Source: Mobula hypostoma
Lineage: Eukaryota
Length of the DNA: 64,000 nt
Assembly: GCF_963921235.1 (NCBI RefSeq)
Contig: NC_086109.1
Location: forward strand, 10,232,001 to 10,296,000
Direction of reading: 5' to 3'
Of the stretch, positions 27,306 to 40,179 are shown one piece after another (position 1 is the first letter of the stretch; every line of letters begins with the position of its first letter). The position numbers and the translations under genes are program-made. The notes beneath the pieces are model-generated. The model saw nothing but the letters and a program-made list of their open reading frames with translations, was not told the DNA's origin and ran no database searches.

Positions 27306-28656
27306 CTCAATACCTGCTCAAATGGCTTTTTAAGTAAACACAAGAGATTCTGAAGATGCTGGGAATCCAAAGTAACACGCACAAAATGATGGATGAGCTC
27401 TGCAGGTCAGACAGCATTTAAGGGAAGGAATAAACAGTTCATGTTTCAGGCTGAGATCCTTCATCAGTTTTGGGCTCCTTATCTCAGAAAGGATGTATTG
27501 TCGTTGGAGAGAGTCCAGAGGAGGTCCATGAGGATGATTATGGGAATGAAGCGGTTAATATATGAGGAGCGTTTGGCAGCCTTGGGCCTGTGCTCAATGG
27601 AATTTAGAAGAATGGGGGGGATCTCAGTGAAACCTACCGAATGTTGAAAGGACTTGAAAAGGTGGATGATGAGAGGATGTTCTCTCTAGTGGGGGTATCC
27701 AGAACTAGAGGGCACAGCTCAGAATTGAGGGGGTGACCTTTTAGAACAGAAGTAAGGAGAATTTTTTTTAGCCAAAGAGCAGTGAATCTATGGAATGCTC
27801 TGCCAAAGAAAGTGATGGAGGCCAAGTCCGTGGGTATATTCAAAGCAGAAGATGATAGAATCATGATTGGTCGGGGCATCAATGGATGTTGTGAAAGAGC
27901 AGGTGTATGGGGTTGAATGGAATCCGGGATCAGGACTCGATGGGCTGAGTGGCCTAATTCTGCTCCTATGTCTTATGGTCTTATGGACATTCAAGAGCTG
28001 CAATTGTACCTGCCTCCAGTGCCTCCTGTGGCAGCTCGTTCCAACCACAACCCTCAGTGCAGCAGTCTGTCCCTCAGATTAGCTTAAAATTTCTCTCCTC
28101 TTGACTAAAACTTTCCCCTCCAATTTCGAACTTCTCAACTTGGATACCTCACTGAGTAGTTAGAGTTAGGGATTTCCAGTTCAAAGGTACAATGATAGTG
28201 CAGGGACTTGAGGACCTGAGTTATAAGGAAAAGTTGAATGGGTTAGGACTTTATGACCTGGAGCATAGATAGAGGTATACAAAATTATGAGAGATAGAGA
28301 TAGGGCCAATGCATGTAAGCTTTTTTCACTGAGGCTGGGTAAGACTATAACTACATCATGGGTTAAGGGTGAAAGGGGAACCTGAGGGAGAACTCTTTCA
28401 CTCAGAGGTTGGTAAGAGTGTAGAACGAGCGTAGGTGGTGGATACAGGTTCAATTGACCCACTTAAGAGAAGTTTGGATAAGTACATGCATGGAAGGGGT
28501 ACGGAGGGCTACGGTTTGGGTGCAGGTTGATGGGGCTAGGCAGAATAATAGTTCAACATTGACTAAATGGGCTGAAGGGCTTGCTTCTGTGCTGTAATAA
28601 CCTTTGACTCTAAAACTGCAGCAATGACCAGAACCAATTATTTCCACTTTCTCTAG

Positions 28657-28732
28657 ACTGGAGCATAACCCGATGCCCAGAATGTTTGGACAGGGTCCAG
28701 AACGTGGATTGTTCGAACACTTGACTCCCCAG
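28657..28732 (+). CDS. PM20D1: PM20D1 internal coding exon (76 nt; exon 7 equivalent)
   Basis: Acceptor ctttctctAG|A and donor CAG|GTATAG. Encodes [25 protein letters not shown]. Phase 2-0. Confidence 0.93.
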
Positions 28733-31700
28733 GTATAGTTGTGTCTGTAGCAAGTTGTTTCATTATTTGCACTAATCATTTATTTTATAGTTTATATTAA
28801 TTGTGGGTTGGCAGGGTCTGCTAAGACCACAATCGCAGACATTATACAACATAGCACATAATGAATGAATGTTAATTTTGTCTTTGTACCATACTGCTGC
28901 CGCAAAACAAGACATTCCATTAACAGTAAGACAACGATAGCAAACCCAATTCACATTCTGATTCTTTTGCTCCAGGGAAAGCCATAGGAGCAGAATTAAG
29001 CCATTCAGCCCATCGAGTCTGCTCCGCCATTCCATCATGGCTGATCCCGGATCCCACTCAACCCCATAAGCATCTTCTCGCCGTATCCTTTGATGCCCTG
29101 ATCGATCAGGAAATGGTCAACTTCCACCTTAAATATACAGATGGACTTGGCCTCTGCCACAGTCTGTGGCAGAGCATTCCACAGATTCACTACTCTCTGG
29201 CTAAAAAAATTCCTCCTTACCTCTGTTCCAAAGGGTTGCCCCTCAATTTTGAGGCTGTGCTCTCTCATTCTGGATACCGCTACTGTAGGAAACATCCTCT
29301 CCACATCCACCCTACCTTGTCCTTTCAACATTCAGTAAGTTACAATGAGATCCACCCACATTCTTTTAAATTCCAGTGAGTACAGTCCCAAAGCTGCCAA
29401 ATGTTCCTTATATGTGAACCCTTTCATTCGCGGAATCATCCTCATGTACCTCTTCTGAGAGATGGGGCCAAAAACTGTTGACAATACTCCCAAGTGCGGC
29501 CTGACTAGTGTCTTATAAAGGCTCAGCATTATCCCCTCGCTTTTATATTCTATTCCCCTATAAAACAAATCCATCCCATCCAACCTCCGCAGTACCACTG
29601 TCTTCCAATTCAGGCAATTGTCATGTTCTTTGGGTTGAGCTGGATTGCGTTAGAACTAACAAATGCCTCATGGTTACTCCTCCTCTACACTAGCCCTCCA
29701 TTCCACTGTCGCAACTACAGTATGAGACACCTAACACACTGCTGGTCAACCCTGCTTTCAGCTGTCCCACGGTCTCTCCCCTCCCAAAATAAATGAGTTT
29801 CTTCAGCTCTACAAGACTCTGAACGCCATGCACTGTTCTAACTCTGACCTCTTCTCCTTCCCTGAATTTAATCTCATTACCATTGGTCAACATGTCTTTT
29901 GACTCTGGAATGCCCATCCTTTGATTGAACTTTGGTCGTCTGCTCCAACAGTGCCCCAGCTGGCAGAGACACTGCTTTGCAAGGAAGGGTACAAAGCTTG
30001 CAGTGGGATCTGCACCAGCCGGAAAATGTGCTGAAAAATGGCAGACGGAGATCTGTGAAATGTTGCATTTTGGGAGGACAAACCAGGGTAGGACTTGCAC
30101 AGTGAACGGTAGGGCACTGAGGAGTGTGGTAGAGCAGAGGGATCTGGGAATACAGATCCATAATTTCTTGCAAGTGGGGCCACAGGTAGACAAGGTTGTA
30201 AAGAGAGTTCTTGGTGCATTATTCTTCATAAATCAAAGTATTAAATATAGGAGTTGGGATGTTATGTTAAAGTTGCATAAGACATTGGTGAGGCCTAATT
30301 TGAAGTATTGTGTGCAGTTACGATCACCTACCTGCAGAAAAGATGTAAATAAGGTAAAAAGAGTACTGTATAGAGAATATTTACAAGGATGGTGCCAGGA
30401 CCTGTTATAGGCAACAAGAGTAAGTTATAGGAGCAGATTGAATAGGTTAGGACTTTAGGGCTTTACCTGGAACATAGGAGAATGAGGGGAGATTTGATGA
30501 AGACATACAAAAGTATGAGGGGTATAGATAGGGTAAACACAAGTAGGTTTTCTCCACTAAATTGGGTGAGACTAGAAATAGAGGTGATAGATTAAGGGCG
30601 AAAGGTGAAATATTTAAGAGGAGGAACTTCTTCACTCATGGTGGGGAGAACATGAAACAAGCAACAGCAGCAGAAGTGATGGGTGAGGGTTTGATTTCAA
30701 TGTTTAAGAGAAATGTGGATCCGTACATGAATGGGAAGAGTACGGAGGGACAATGGTCCTGGTATGGGTTGATGGAACTAGGCAGAATAACAGTTTGGCA
30801 CAGGCTAGATGGGCCGAAGGGACTGTTTCTATGCTGTAGTGCTCTGTGACTCTACAACTCACAGTGCCGGAGACCCCAGGTTCGATCCCGACCTCCGGTG
30901 CTACTTCTGTGGAGTTTGCACATTCCCCCTGTGGGTGCATTTGTTTCCTGCAGGTGCTCTGCTTTTCTCCCTCGTCACCCAGGTATGCTGGTCAGTAGGC
31001 CAACTGGCCGTTGTAAATTGCCGGTAGTGTCTCAGTGAGCGGCAGTGGGGAGGAAGAGGTTTATTGAGAATGAAAGGAGAATTAAAAAAAAAAGATCAGA
31101 TTAACATCAGATTCACGAGAAAGGGTGGATGCTGGTTAGTGCAGTTTTCAATTGGTGAAGGGCCAGTTTCCGTGTAACACCTCTCTACAACAACTCCTCA
31201 TTGTCCTGCTCACTGCCATGCTCCATGATAAGGTGCATGAATAGTTTTCACTGAAATTAGGAGGTTTGAGTTGAACACTGCAGCCTGATGGGATCATATT
31301 GACAAATATTTCATCTATTCTGATAAAACTGAGACATAAGTAATTAGTTTAACAATGCAGGGCTGACTCATAAACTAGATAGTGAGTCAATACAGAGTCA
31401 ACAAAGTTCTGGATAAACTTCAACATTAATATCAAGCTTACTATCTACTTTTGAACTGCAATCATCACAAAAGAAACACATGCAAGTCAAGATATCTGAT
31501 CTCCAAAATAACTCCAAATGCATTTGAGAAATAGTAAAAACTGTTTCAACTGATCTTCAAAATGTGAGCAACACATGCAAAATGTTGGAGGAACTTAGTA
31601 GGGCAGGCAGCAACTATGGAGAACAACAAATAAATGACGTTTCAGGCTGAGAATATGAGGTGTTGCTCCTCCACCCTGAGGGGGGCCTCACCACGACAGT

Positions 31701-34700
31701 AGAGGAGGCCACGGACTGCCATGTCAGAATGGGAATAAGAAGTAGAATTAAAATGGGTGGCCACTGGGAGATTCCGCTGGCTGTGGTGGATAGATTAAAG
31801 GTGCGCGATGAAGCAGTCCCTGATCTACGTTGGGTCGCACCAATGTAGAGGAGGCCTCACCGAGAGCACCGGATACTGTAGGTGACCCCGACAGACTCGC
31901 AGGTGAAGTGCTACCTCACCTGGCAGGCCCTAAATGACGGTGAGGACAAAGTTGAAGGAGCAGGTGTAGCACTTGTTCTGCTTGCAGGGATAAATGCCAG
32001 GAGGGAAATCTGAAATATGACATGTGCGGTAAACCAGGATGTTCCTTTTGCAGTTTCAGTACCCGTGGGGGAAATGGCAGTCACTAAATGCCTGGCGCAT
32101 TGCCCAAATTGCATAATATTGTGTCATGTCTGAGATGGCGAGATTAAGTTAATAATTGGATGTCCGCTTATAGAAATACCCTCTTTAAGTAATTGAGAGT
32201 GTCAGGATTCCAATGGTACTGAGATGTTTGTGATACTGCAACTGCTCAGAAATAGATTCTCTCTTTGTAACTTCCTCACTGGGGAACTGACTTACTGATT
32301 TCAGCACAGAGCAACAAGATGCAATCTCATGGGCCAGCCATCATCTGTATAGCCCCTGCCACATGCTCAGGCTGTAATTTCATCGCCTTGCCTGCTTTTT
32401 AATTGACAACTTTTGGGAGCCGTAAGAGAGAAATAGAAAATGAAATAATTTCAGGTTTTGCTTAAATTACTAAGGGGTAGTTTCCCCAATCATTCGCTGC
32501 CAACACAGCTGATGATGGCACTTTTTTCTAATTTTCTGCTACTTTCATTCATGTTCTTGTTTATTTGCTCACAATGTACGGGACATTGCAGGCAAAGACA
32601 GTGTTAGCAACCAGAATTGGAATTGGTTTATTATTGCCATGTGTACCAAGATCCAGTGAAAAGCTTCTCTGGCATAGTGGTCATACAGATCTGATCATTG
32701 CACACAGTTCATTGAGGTAGAACAAGGTAAAACGATAACAGAATGCAGAATAAAGTGCGACCAGCTACAGGTGGACAATAAAGTGCAGGATCAGAACAAA
32801 GTAGATTGTGAAGCCAGTCATACAAAAGGTCCATCAGGACTCTGAAGGCAGTGGAGGAAAAGCTGTCGTTCTGCCTGGTTAAATATCCTTTCAGGCCTTT
32901 CTATCTTCTGCCCAATGGAAGAGGGGGGGGGAGAGAATGTTCGGAGGTGGGGCGGGGTTTGCCCTCAGTATGAGTGCCTTGTTGTTCCATTCATGGGTCA
33001 ACCACATTTTATTAGACCTAGAGTTATGTGTAGTGTTGGTCTGCTAACTAAAGGTAGATTTTATTCCATGGGACCATTAGTTTTTACAATAGTTTCTTAA
33101 TAATTGTTACAGATTCCGTCTTTTTACTACCAATTTGAAAACGACTACAAGAAATCCCAGTTTTTCATGAGATAAATCCAGCAGCTGATTTACTCCAGGC
33201 CTCATGTCCTCTCCGACGCTAATTCAATGATGCTTTCCATTCCCTTTAAGAAGCTCCTATAATCCATCCTCCATAACTCTCCAGGGTAGAGAAATCCAGA
33301 CATGCACTTTGAACTGAAGTGACCATTCCCTTGTCTGATTTTGTTTTTTCACTTTCTTCCTATTTCAGTTTTTACTTTGACTTACTACATCACCCATCGA
33401 TAGATTTGTAAGCTGACAAGCATTAGGTCAATTCAGAGCTATGGTGGTGGAGTAGTGCAGCAGTTAGTGCATCACATTGTACCTCCAGATGTAAGAGCGG
33501 GGTTCTGTTCCTGTCGTTGTCTGTAAGGAGTTTATGTTCTCCCTGTGACCACATGGGTTTCCTCCAGGTGCCGCGGTTTCCACCCGCATAGGTTCTTGAT
33601 TAGTAATCTTAAATCTTTATCGAATCTGAAGTGGCCTTGATAGATTAGTGAGGCTCAGAACCACGGTTTGGTGTAATTGGCAGACTGTGTAGAGAACCGG
33701 CAGACTGAATCGGAATTGTTATCCCTCAGAATCCCAGCAACAAGATTTGATCGTATTCCATCTGGGCGGTCTCCAACTTAATGGCACTAATTTCTCTAAA
33801 TTCCCGTAATTCTTCCCCTCCCCCCCCTTCTCTCTTTCTCCATCCCTCGTTCTGGCTCCCCTCTGACCCCTTCTCTTAGAGGGCACATGCTATCACGAGG
33901 CTGGATAAACTTGGGTTGTTTTCTCTGGAGCAGTGGAGGCTGAGGGGAGATCTGATAGAAGTTTATAAGATTATGAGAGGCACAGGCAGAGAAGACAGGG
34001 AGTATCTGTTTCCCAGGGGTGAAACGTCTAGTACCAGAGGGCATGCATTTAAGTTGAGAGGGAGTAGGTTCAAGGGGAATGTGAGGGATAAGTTTTCTCA
34101 TTCAGAGAGTGGTGGATGCCTGGAATGCGCTGTCTGGTACGGTGGTCGAGGCAAAGACATTACAGGCTTTTAAGAGATGTTTGGATAGTCACGTGGATTT
34201 AAGGAAGACAGAGGGATATGGACGTGGTACAGGTCGGAGGGGTTAGTGTTTGGGTGTTTTTGAATAAGAATCAGAATCATGTTTATTATCACCAGCATGT
34301 GTGGTAATATTTGTTAACTTAGCAAATTTCATGACACATGCCAGTGATAATAAACCTGATTTGCTTTCTAGCAGGTTTGGCAGAACATTGTGGGTCAAAT
34401 GGCCTGTTCCTGTGCTGTACTGTTCTATGTTCTCCTCACTTGCCCATCAACTCCCTCTTATGTCCCTCCTCCTTCCCATTCTCCCATGGTCCACTCTCCT
34501 TTCCTATTAGATTCCTCCTTCTTCAGCCCTTCACCTTTTCCTATCTCCTTCCCGCTTCTTACTTCACCACCCTCCCCCAGCCACTAAACTTCCCCTCACC
34601 TGGCTTCATCTATATCCTCCCAGCTTGAACTTCTCCCCAAACCCCACCTCCTTATTGTGGCTTCTTCCCCCTTCATTTCCAGTCCTGATAAATGGCCTCG

Positions 34701-35907
34701 GCACGAAACCTCGCTTGTTTATTTCCCTCCATAGATGCTGCCTGACTTGCTGAGTTCCTCCAGCACTTTTTGGGTATTACCCTGGAACTGCAGCATCTGC
34801 AGAATCTCTTGTGTTTTTGATAGGTTAGTGATGCAGTGAACCAGTCTGTGGTAAACCGTGGTTGGATGCAATTGGAAAACTCTGCAGAGAGCCAACAAAT
34901 TGAATCAGAATAAACACGAGATTGTGCAGACGCTGGAAATCAGGAGCAACACACACCAAATGCTGGAGGAACTCAGGAGGTCAGGCAGTATCAATGGAAA
35001 TGAATAAACAGTCAATTTTCAGACCCAGACCCTTCTTCGTGACAGATTATTCTGAATCAGAATAACTACCATTCAGAAACCCAACAGCAAGATTTCTTCA
35101 ATGAAACATTTCAGTATCATGCTGTCAAATATTCTTGGCATTGCTTCAAGGATTTTTAGTTACCATTAATGATTTCCGTTCTTATATTTGAGAAGACCTT
35201 TTGAGGGCCAAATGTTTTTGAACTGTTGCTCTACTTTCAGATCACATTTCTTGAACCAAAGCTAAAATTTACAATCAGATTATAATAAAATTAATCGTAT
35301 TTTAATATTATGAGTGTGCGTCATAAAAATTTAATGTCACTTAGTGTATTAGTTTGCCAAAGAGTTCCAGAACTAAAATGTTTTTTTGACCTATAAAAAA
35401 ATTACAGTAACCATAATGAGCTCAGTACAATAACATGCTGTAGATCAGTGGGTAGATGGGATCTCGTCCGTTCACAACATGCTTCCAGTTAGGCACTGAG
35501 AGTGGCGTGGTAACACAGCCGTTACGCATCGCTTTACTGCACCAGCAACACCCGAGTTCAGTTCCTGCCACTGTCTGTAAAGAGTTTGCATGATCTCCCT
35601 GTGACCGTGTGGCTTTCCTCTGGGTGCTCTGTTTCCTCCCACATCAGAATCAGGTTCAATATCATCGGCATACTGCGCATCATGAAATTTGTGAGCCTAG
35701 CGCCTGCAGCACATTGAAATACTTGACAAGTATAGAGAAAACAATAAAAGAATTCCAGTAAGTGCATATATAGTAAATAGTTAAATTAAAAAGTAGTAGT
35801 GCAAAAACACAAACACGAGGAAATCTGCAGATGCTGGAATTTCACGCAACACACATAAAAGTTGCTGGTGAACGCAGCAGGCCGGGCAGCATCTCTAGGA
35901 AGAGGTA

Positions 35908-35945
35908 CAGTCGACGTTTCGGGCCGAGACCCTTCGTCAGGACTG
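35908..35945 (-). ncRNA. Minimal type I hammerhead ribozyme in a Penelope-like element end
   Basis: Minus strand reads CAGUC-CUGACGA-A-GGGU(CUCG)GCCC-GAAA-CG-UC/GACUG. Helix I is CAGUC:GACUG, both core boxes are intact, and there is a palindromic ACGU helix III and a GUC cleavage triplet. Confidence 0.8.
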
Positions 35946-36304
35946 ACTGAAGGAAGAGTTAGTAAGAGATTTGAGAGGGGGAGGGGGAGATGCGAAATGA
36001 TAGGAGAAGACAGGAGGGGGAGGGATGGAGCCAAGAGCTGGACAGGTGATTGGCAAAAGGGGATATGAGAGGATCATGGGACAGGAGGCCTGGGGAGAAA
36101 GAAAGTGGGGAGGGGGGGAAGCCCAGAGGATGGGCAAGGGGTATAGTCAGAGGGACAGAGGGAGAAAAAGGAGAGTGGGAGAGAGAATGTGTGTATATAA
36201 ATAAATAATGGATGGGGTACAAGGGGAGGTGGGGCATTAGCGGAAGTTTGAGAAGTCAATGTTCATGCCATCAGGTTGGAGGCTACCCAGACGGAATATA
36301 AGGT

Positions 36305-36531
36305 AACGCACATAAAAGTTGCTGGTGAACGCAGCAGGCCAGGCAGCATCTCTAGGAAGAGGTGCAGTTGACGTTTCAGGCCGAGACCCTTCGTCGAGAC
36401 CTGACGAAGGGTCTCGGCCTGAAACGTTGACAGCACCTCTTCCTAGAGATGCTGCCTGGCCTGCTACGTTCACCAGCAACTTTTATGTGTGTTGCTTGAA
36501 TCTCCAGCATCTGCAGAATTCCTGTTGTTTG
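36305..36531. mobile_element. Fold-back (palindromic) mini-PLE insertion
   Basis: Inverted arms 36305-36395 and 36403-36493 with a 7-nt spacer. Flanking direct repeat cggaatataaggt / cggagtataaggt. Confidence 0.85.
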
Positions 36532-36716
36532 CGGAGTATAAGGTGTTGTTTCTCCAACCTGAGTGTAGCTTGATGGGCCGAATGGTGTCATCCTGCTCCG
36601 CTGTCTTAGGGAGTTGTTACAAAGAAGTGTAAGAGGTGCTCCATGCTGTGGGTAGCCTACAAGCACCGCCACACCTCCAGCACCAACATAGCAAACCTGC
36701 AACGTACTAAGCCTAA

Positions 36717-37220
36717 AGGCTGATTTATACTTGTGCTTCAAATGGACGCCGTAACCTACGCAAGTGGCCTACGCGCGTTGTGAGCATTTATCCTTGAGCG
36801 TTGGTGTGTCTGCATCGCTCTGCAATTCAGGCACGTCGCACACGCGCACACACCTGCCCGCGCAAGGCTTCATGGTCACGGTAGTCTTTCTCCGGGTAAG
36901 CAAGTTTAAAGCGAGCGTCTTTTTTTGTAAAAGCAAAGTGTGTCCTCCATAATTTTGGAGGTCTGTAAAGCTTTATGGAAAGCATTGCAGCCAGAGTTCC
37001 TTCCCTGCCCTTCAGTCGCCCAATGGGAAGCTACTGCAGTGTAGGATGAAATGCGATGCTGCCAGGTGGACCAATCACAGTTGTTGCGGTCTGCGTTGCC
37101 GCGACGCATAGTTACATTTTGGGAAAGGTGCACGTCAGGCTACGGCGTAGGGATCTGCGTAGGGTTCGCGGCAATGCCGTACCTACAGCGTCAAGTTGAC
37201 GCAGAAGTATAAATCTGCCT
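36717..37220. mobile_element. PIF/Harbinger-type MITE (504 bp)
   Basis: TIR AGGCTGATTTATACTT / AAGTATAAATCTGCCT, TAA target duplication, CpG-rich body. Confidence 0.78.
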
Positions 37221-37254
37221 TAATCCGTATGTCCTTGCAACGTGGGAGGAAATA

Positions 37255-37886
37255 GGATCACCCAGAGGAAAGGCGGGAGGAGAAGATAGCGGAGCGCTAC
37301 GCGCGCGCAACCCTCCAGTGAAAATGATATCGTATCCGTTAAATAGGGACCATGGACAATTCTGATTTGATGGAGACAGATGTGAAAACACAGAGGAACA
37401 TCTGGAGAAAATTCTGAAACGCAGGTTCGCTGCCGCTGTTACTGGGCGATCGAGAATTTTCCGAGGGAAGGCCCCAAAATCCCCAGCTTTGTCTGCTGTT
37501 GGCGACCGAGATTGAGGTCGAATTGTTCGGTTAGAGATGGTGCTCGGTACTCGGTGCTCGGTACTCAGTGTCGGAGAGCTGATCAGAGGCTCGAAGTTTT
37601 CGGACAACTCAGAGTTGGACTGTGGTTGGGCATGGCAGGGAGAGTTTTTCTCCCTTCATTTGAGAGACTTTGAACTTTTTACTGGACATGGACTTCTTCA
37701 TCAAGTTATGGTATTGTTGCACTGTTGTAGCTATATATTATAATTATGTGGTTTTGTTAGTTTTTTCGGTCTTGGTCTGTCCTGTGTTTTGTGATATCAC
37801 ACCGGAGGAAATATTGTATCATTTCTTAATGCATTTCTTAATTTCTTAAATGACAGTAAAAGAGGACTGCGTGTCTTCATAATCTA
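37255..37886 (+). mobile_element. Unclassified, probably retroposed insertion inside a V-SINE
   Basis: CpG-rich 5' part and T-rich 3' part ending in cataatctaaaaaa. The minus-strand V-SINE sequence resumes on both sides. Confidence 0.45.
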
Positions 37887-38554
37887 AAAAAACCCATGCA
37901 GTCACGGGAAGAACGTACAAACTCCTTCCAGACAGTGGGGAGAATTGAACCCGGATCGACACCGCTATAAAGTGTTGTGCCAACCACTATGCTAACGTGC
38001 CACCTCTGATTGCATTGTGGTGTGTTGAAACCCTCCCTTGGGTGAACTGCAAGACTAAGTGTCCCGTTCACTTTTGTGATCGCCAGGCACATTCCAGGAG
38101 TGGTGCAAGTACATCAAAACAGGCATGTGGTTCCAATATCTAGGCAGGAATTTGATTACAAAGACTGTGTCCCAAGCTTATATTGGAGTTTAGTTCATGT
38201 AAGTATGAGGAATTGCATTCCAGGAAGATAAATAAGGAAAGGATCTCCACAGTGGTCCCTGAGAGTGTTATAGAACCGAGAGACCTAAGGGTACAAGTCA
38301 CTTTTTGTCAGTTTTTATTAATGTATAATTTTCCATGAATTCATCATATTTATCATATCTCTTTATTTTCCTGTAATTGCCAGCAGGAAAATCTCAAGAT
38401 AGTATGTGGTGGCATATATGTATGTACTTTGACATTAAATTTACTTTGAATTTGTTGATGTTGACATAAAGGAGCTGTCTCAAGTAGACAAGGCAGCGTA
38501 GGAGGTTTTTGGCACACTGGCCTTTATTAATCACTGAGTATAGAAGCTGGGACG

Positions 38555-38751
38555 CAAACAAAATGCTGGAGGAACTCAGCAGGCCAGGCAGCATCTACGG
38601 AAAAGAGTAAACCGCTGACATTTGGTCTTGGCCGGAAACTCCAGCTACTCGTTCATTTCCATAGGTGTTGCCTGGCCTGCTAAGCTCCTCCAGCATTTTG
38701 TGTTTGTGTGTGTTGCTTTGGATTTCCGGCATCCACAGATTTTCTCGTGTT
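38555..38751. mobile_element. Fold-back mini-PLE insertion in a CR1 ORF2 remnant
   Basis: Inverted arms caaaatgctggaggaactcagcaggccaggcagca ... tgttgcctggcctgctaagctcctccagcattttg. TSD tatagaagctgggacg (38539-38554) / tatagaagttgggatg (38752-38767). Confidence 0.8.
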
Positions 38752-39920
38752 TATAGAAGTTGGGATGTTATGTCGTAGTTGTACAAGATGTTGGTGAAGT
38801 GGCACTTGGAATATTGTGCTCAGTTTTGGTCACCCTGCTATAGGAAAGATGCTTTTAAAATGGAAAGAATGTGAAGGACATTTAGACCATGAGACATTAA
38901 GACATAGGAGCAGAATTAGGCCATTCAGCCATGGTTTGATCCATTTCCCTCTCAATCCCATTCTCCTGCCTTTTTCCCATGACCTTTAATGCCCTGACTA
39001 GTCAAAAATCTATCAGCCTTAAATACATCTGGTTACCTAGCCTCCACAGCCGCCTGTGGCAACAGATTTAGCACCCTTTGGCTGAAGAAATTCCTCTTCA
39101 TCTCTGTTATAAATCAACATCCCTTTATTTTAAGAATGTGCCCTCTGGTCCTAGACTCCCTGACCAAAGAAAACATCCTCTTTGCATCCAGCCTATCTAG
39201 GCTTTCAACGTCCATGAGACCTTCCCCTCAGTCTTCTAAATTTCACTGAGTATAGGCCCAGATGATGTTGCAGGGACTTGAGGGACTGAGTGGACTTGTG
39301 TTAATATTATTTTATGACTGAATGTGCTGTGTGTGTGACTATATGTACTGTGTTTGCATCTTGACCGCAGAAGAACGATGCTTTATCCCTCTGTGTATAT
39401 TGTGCATTGTGGAATGACAACAAACTTGAACTTGAATTTCAAATTAGGGAGAGAGATTTAGCAGACTGGGACTTTTTTCACTGGAGCGTGGGAGAATGAG
39501 AGGTGATCTAATAAAGGTGTATGAAGTTATGAGAGGCATAGACGGTGAATGCACACAATGATCTTCCCAGGATTGGAGAATCAAGAATTAGAGGGCACAG
39601 GTTGAACACTTGGCACACAAGCAAAAATTTGACTCTCTGTCTTGGTGCATGAGACAATAATAAACCAATTATTAATTAACTCGCCGTCAACTTTCAGCCT
39701 CTGAAAGAAGAAATTTCTCTTCAGTTTTGTCCTGTAATACAAGACTTTGATCCCTCACTAAGACACCTCTTTTGTGGCAAGTGTCCACCGGCAGCATTTT
39801 CAAGTCCTTTTAGAGAGATTGAGGGGCAACTTTTTCACCCAGGGTGTGGTCAGTATATGCAGTGAGCCTCCAGAGGAAGTGGTTGAGGCAGACACTTGCA
39901 TAGGTATATAGATAGGAAAA

Positions 39921-40132
39921 CAAGAGATTCTGCAAAGCAACACACACAGAATGTTGGAGGAACTCAGCAGGTCAGGCAGAATCTATAGAAATGGATAAAC
40001 GAGTGTTGATTTAGGCTGAGACGCTCTCAGCCCGAAATGTCGACTCGTTATCCCTTTCTATAGATGCTGCCTGACCTGCTGAGTTACTCCAGTATTTTGT
40101 GTGTGTTGCTTTGCAGAATCTCTTGTGTTGGT
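39921..40132. mobile_element. Fold-back mini-PLE insertion in a CR1 3' remnant
   Basis: Inverted arms of ~100 bp centred on ggctgaga-cgc-tctcagcc. TSD gtatatagataggaaaa (39904-39920) / gtatatggataggaaaa (40133-40149). Confidence 0.85.
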
Positions 40133-40179
40133 GTATATGGATAGGAAAAGTTTAGAGGTATTTAAAAATGTTAGAGGCA

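Larger units (their letters stand above)
35808..36570 (-). mobile_element. Penelope-like element 3' fragment containing a nested hairpin insertion
   Basis: Minus-strand LIFRLGSLQPDGMNIDFSNFR (GIY-YIG C-terminus), pyrimidine-rich 3' region and hammerhead; interrupted at 36305-36531. Confidence 0.8.
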
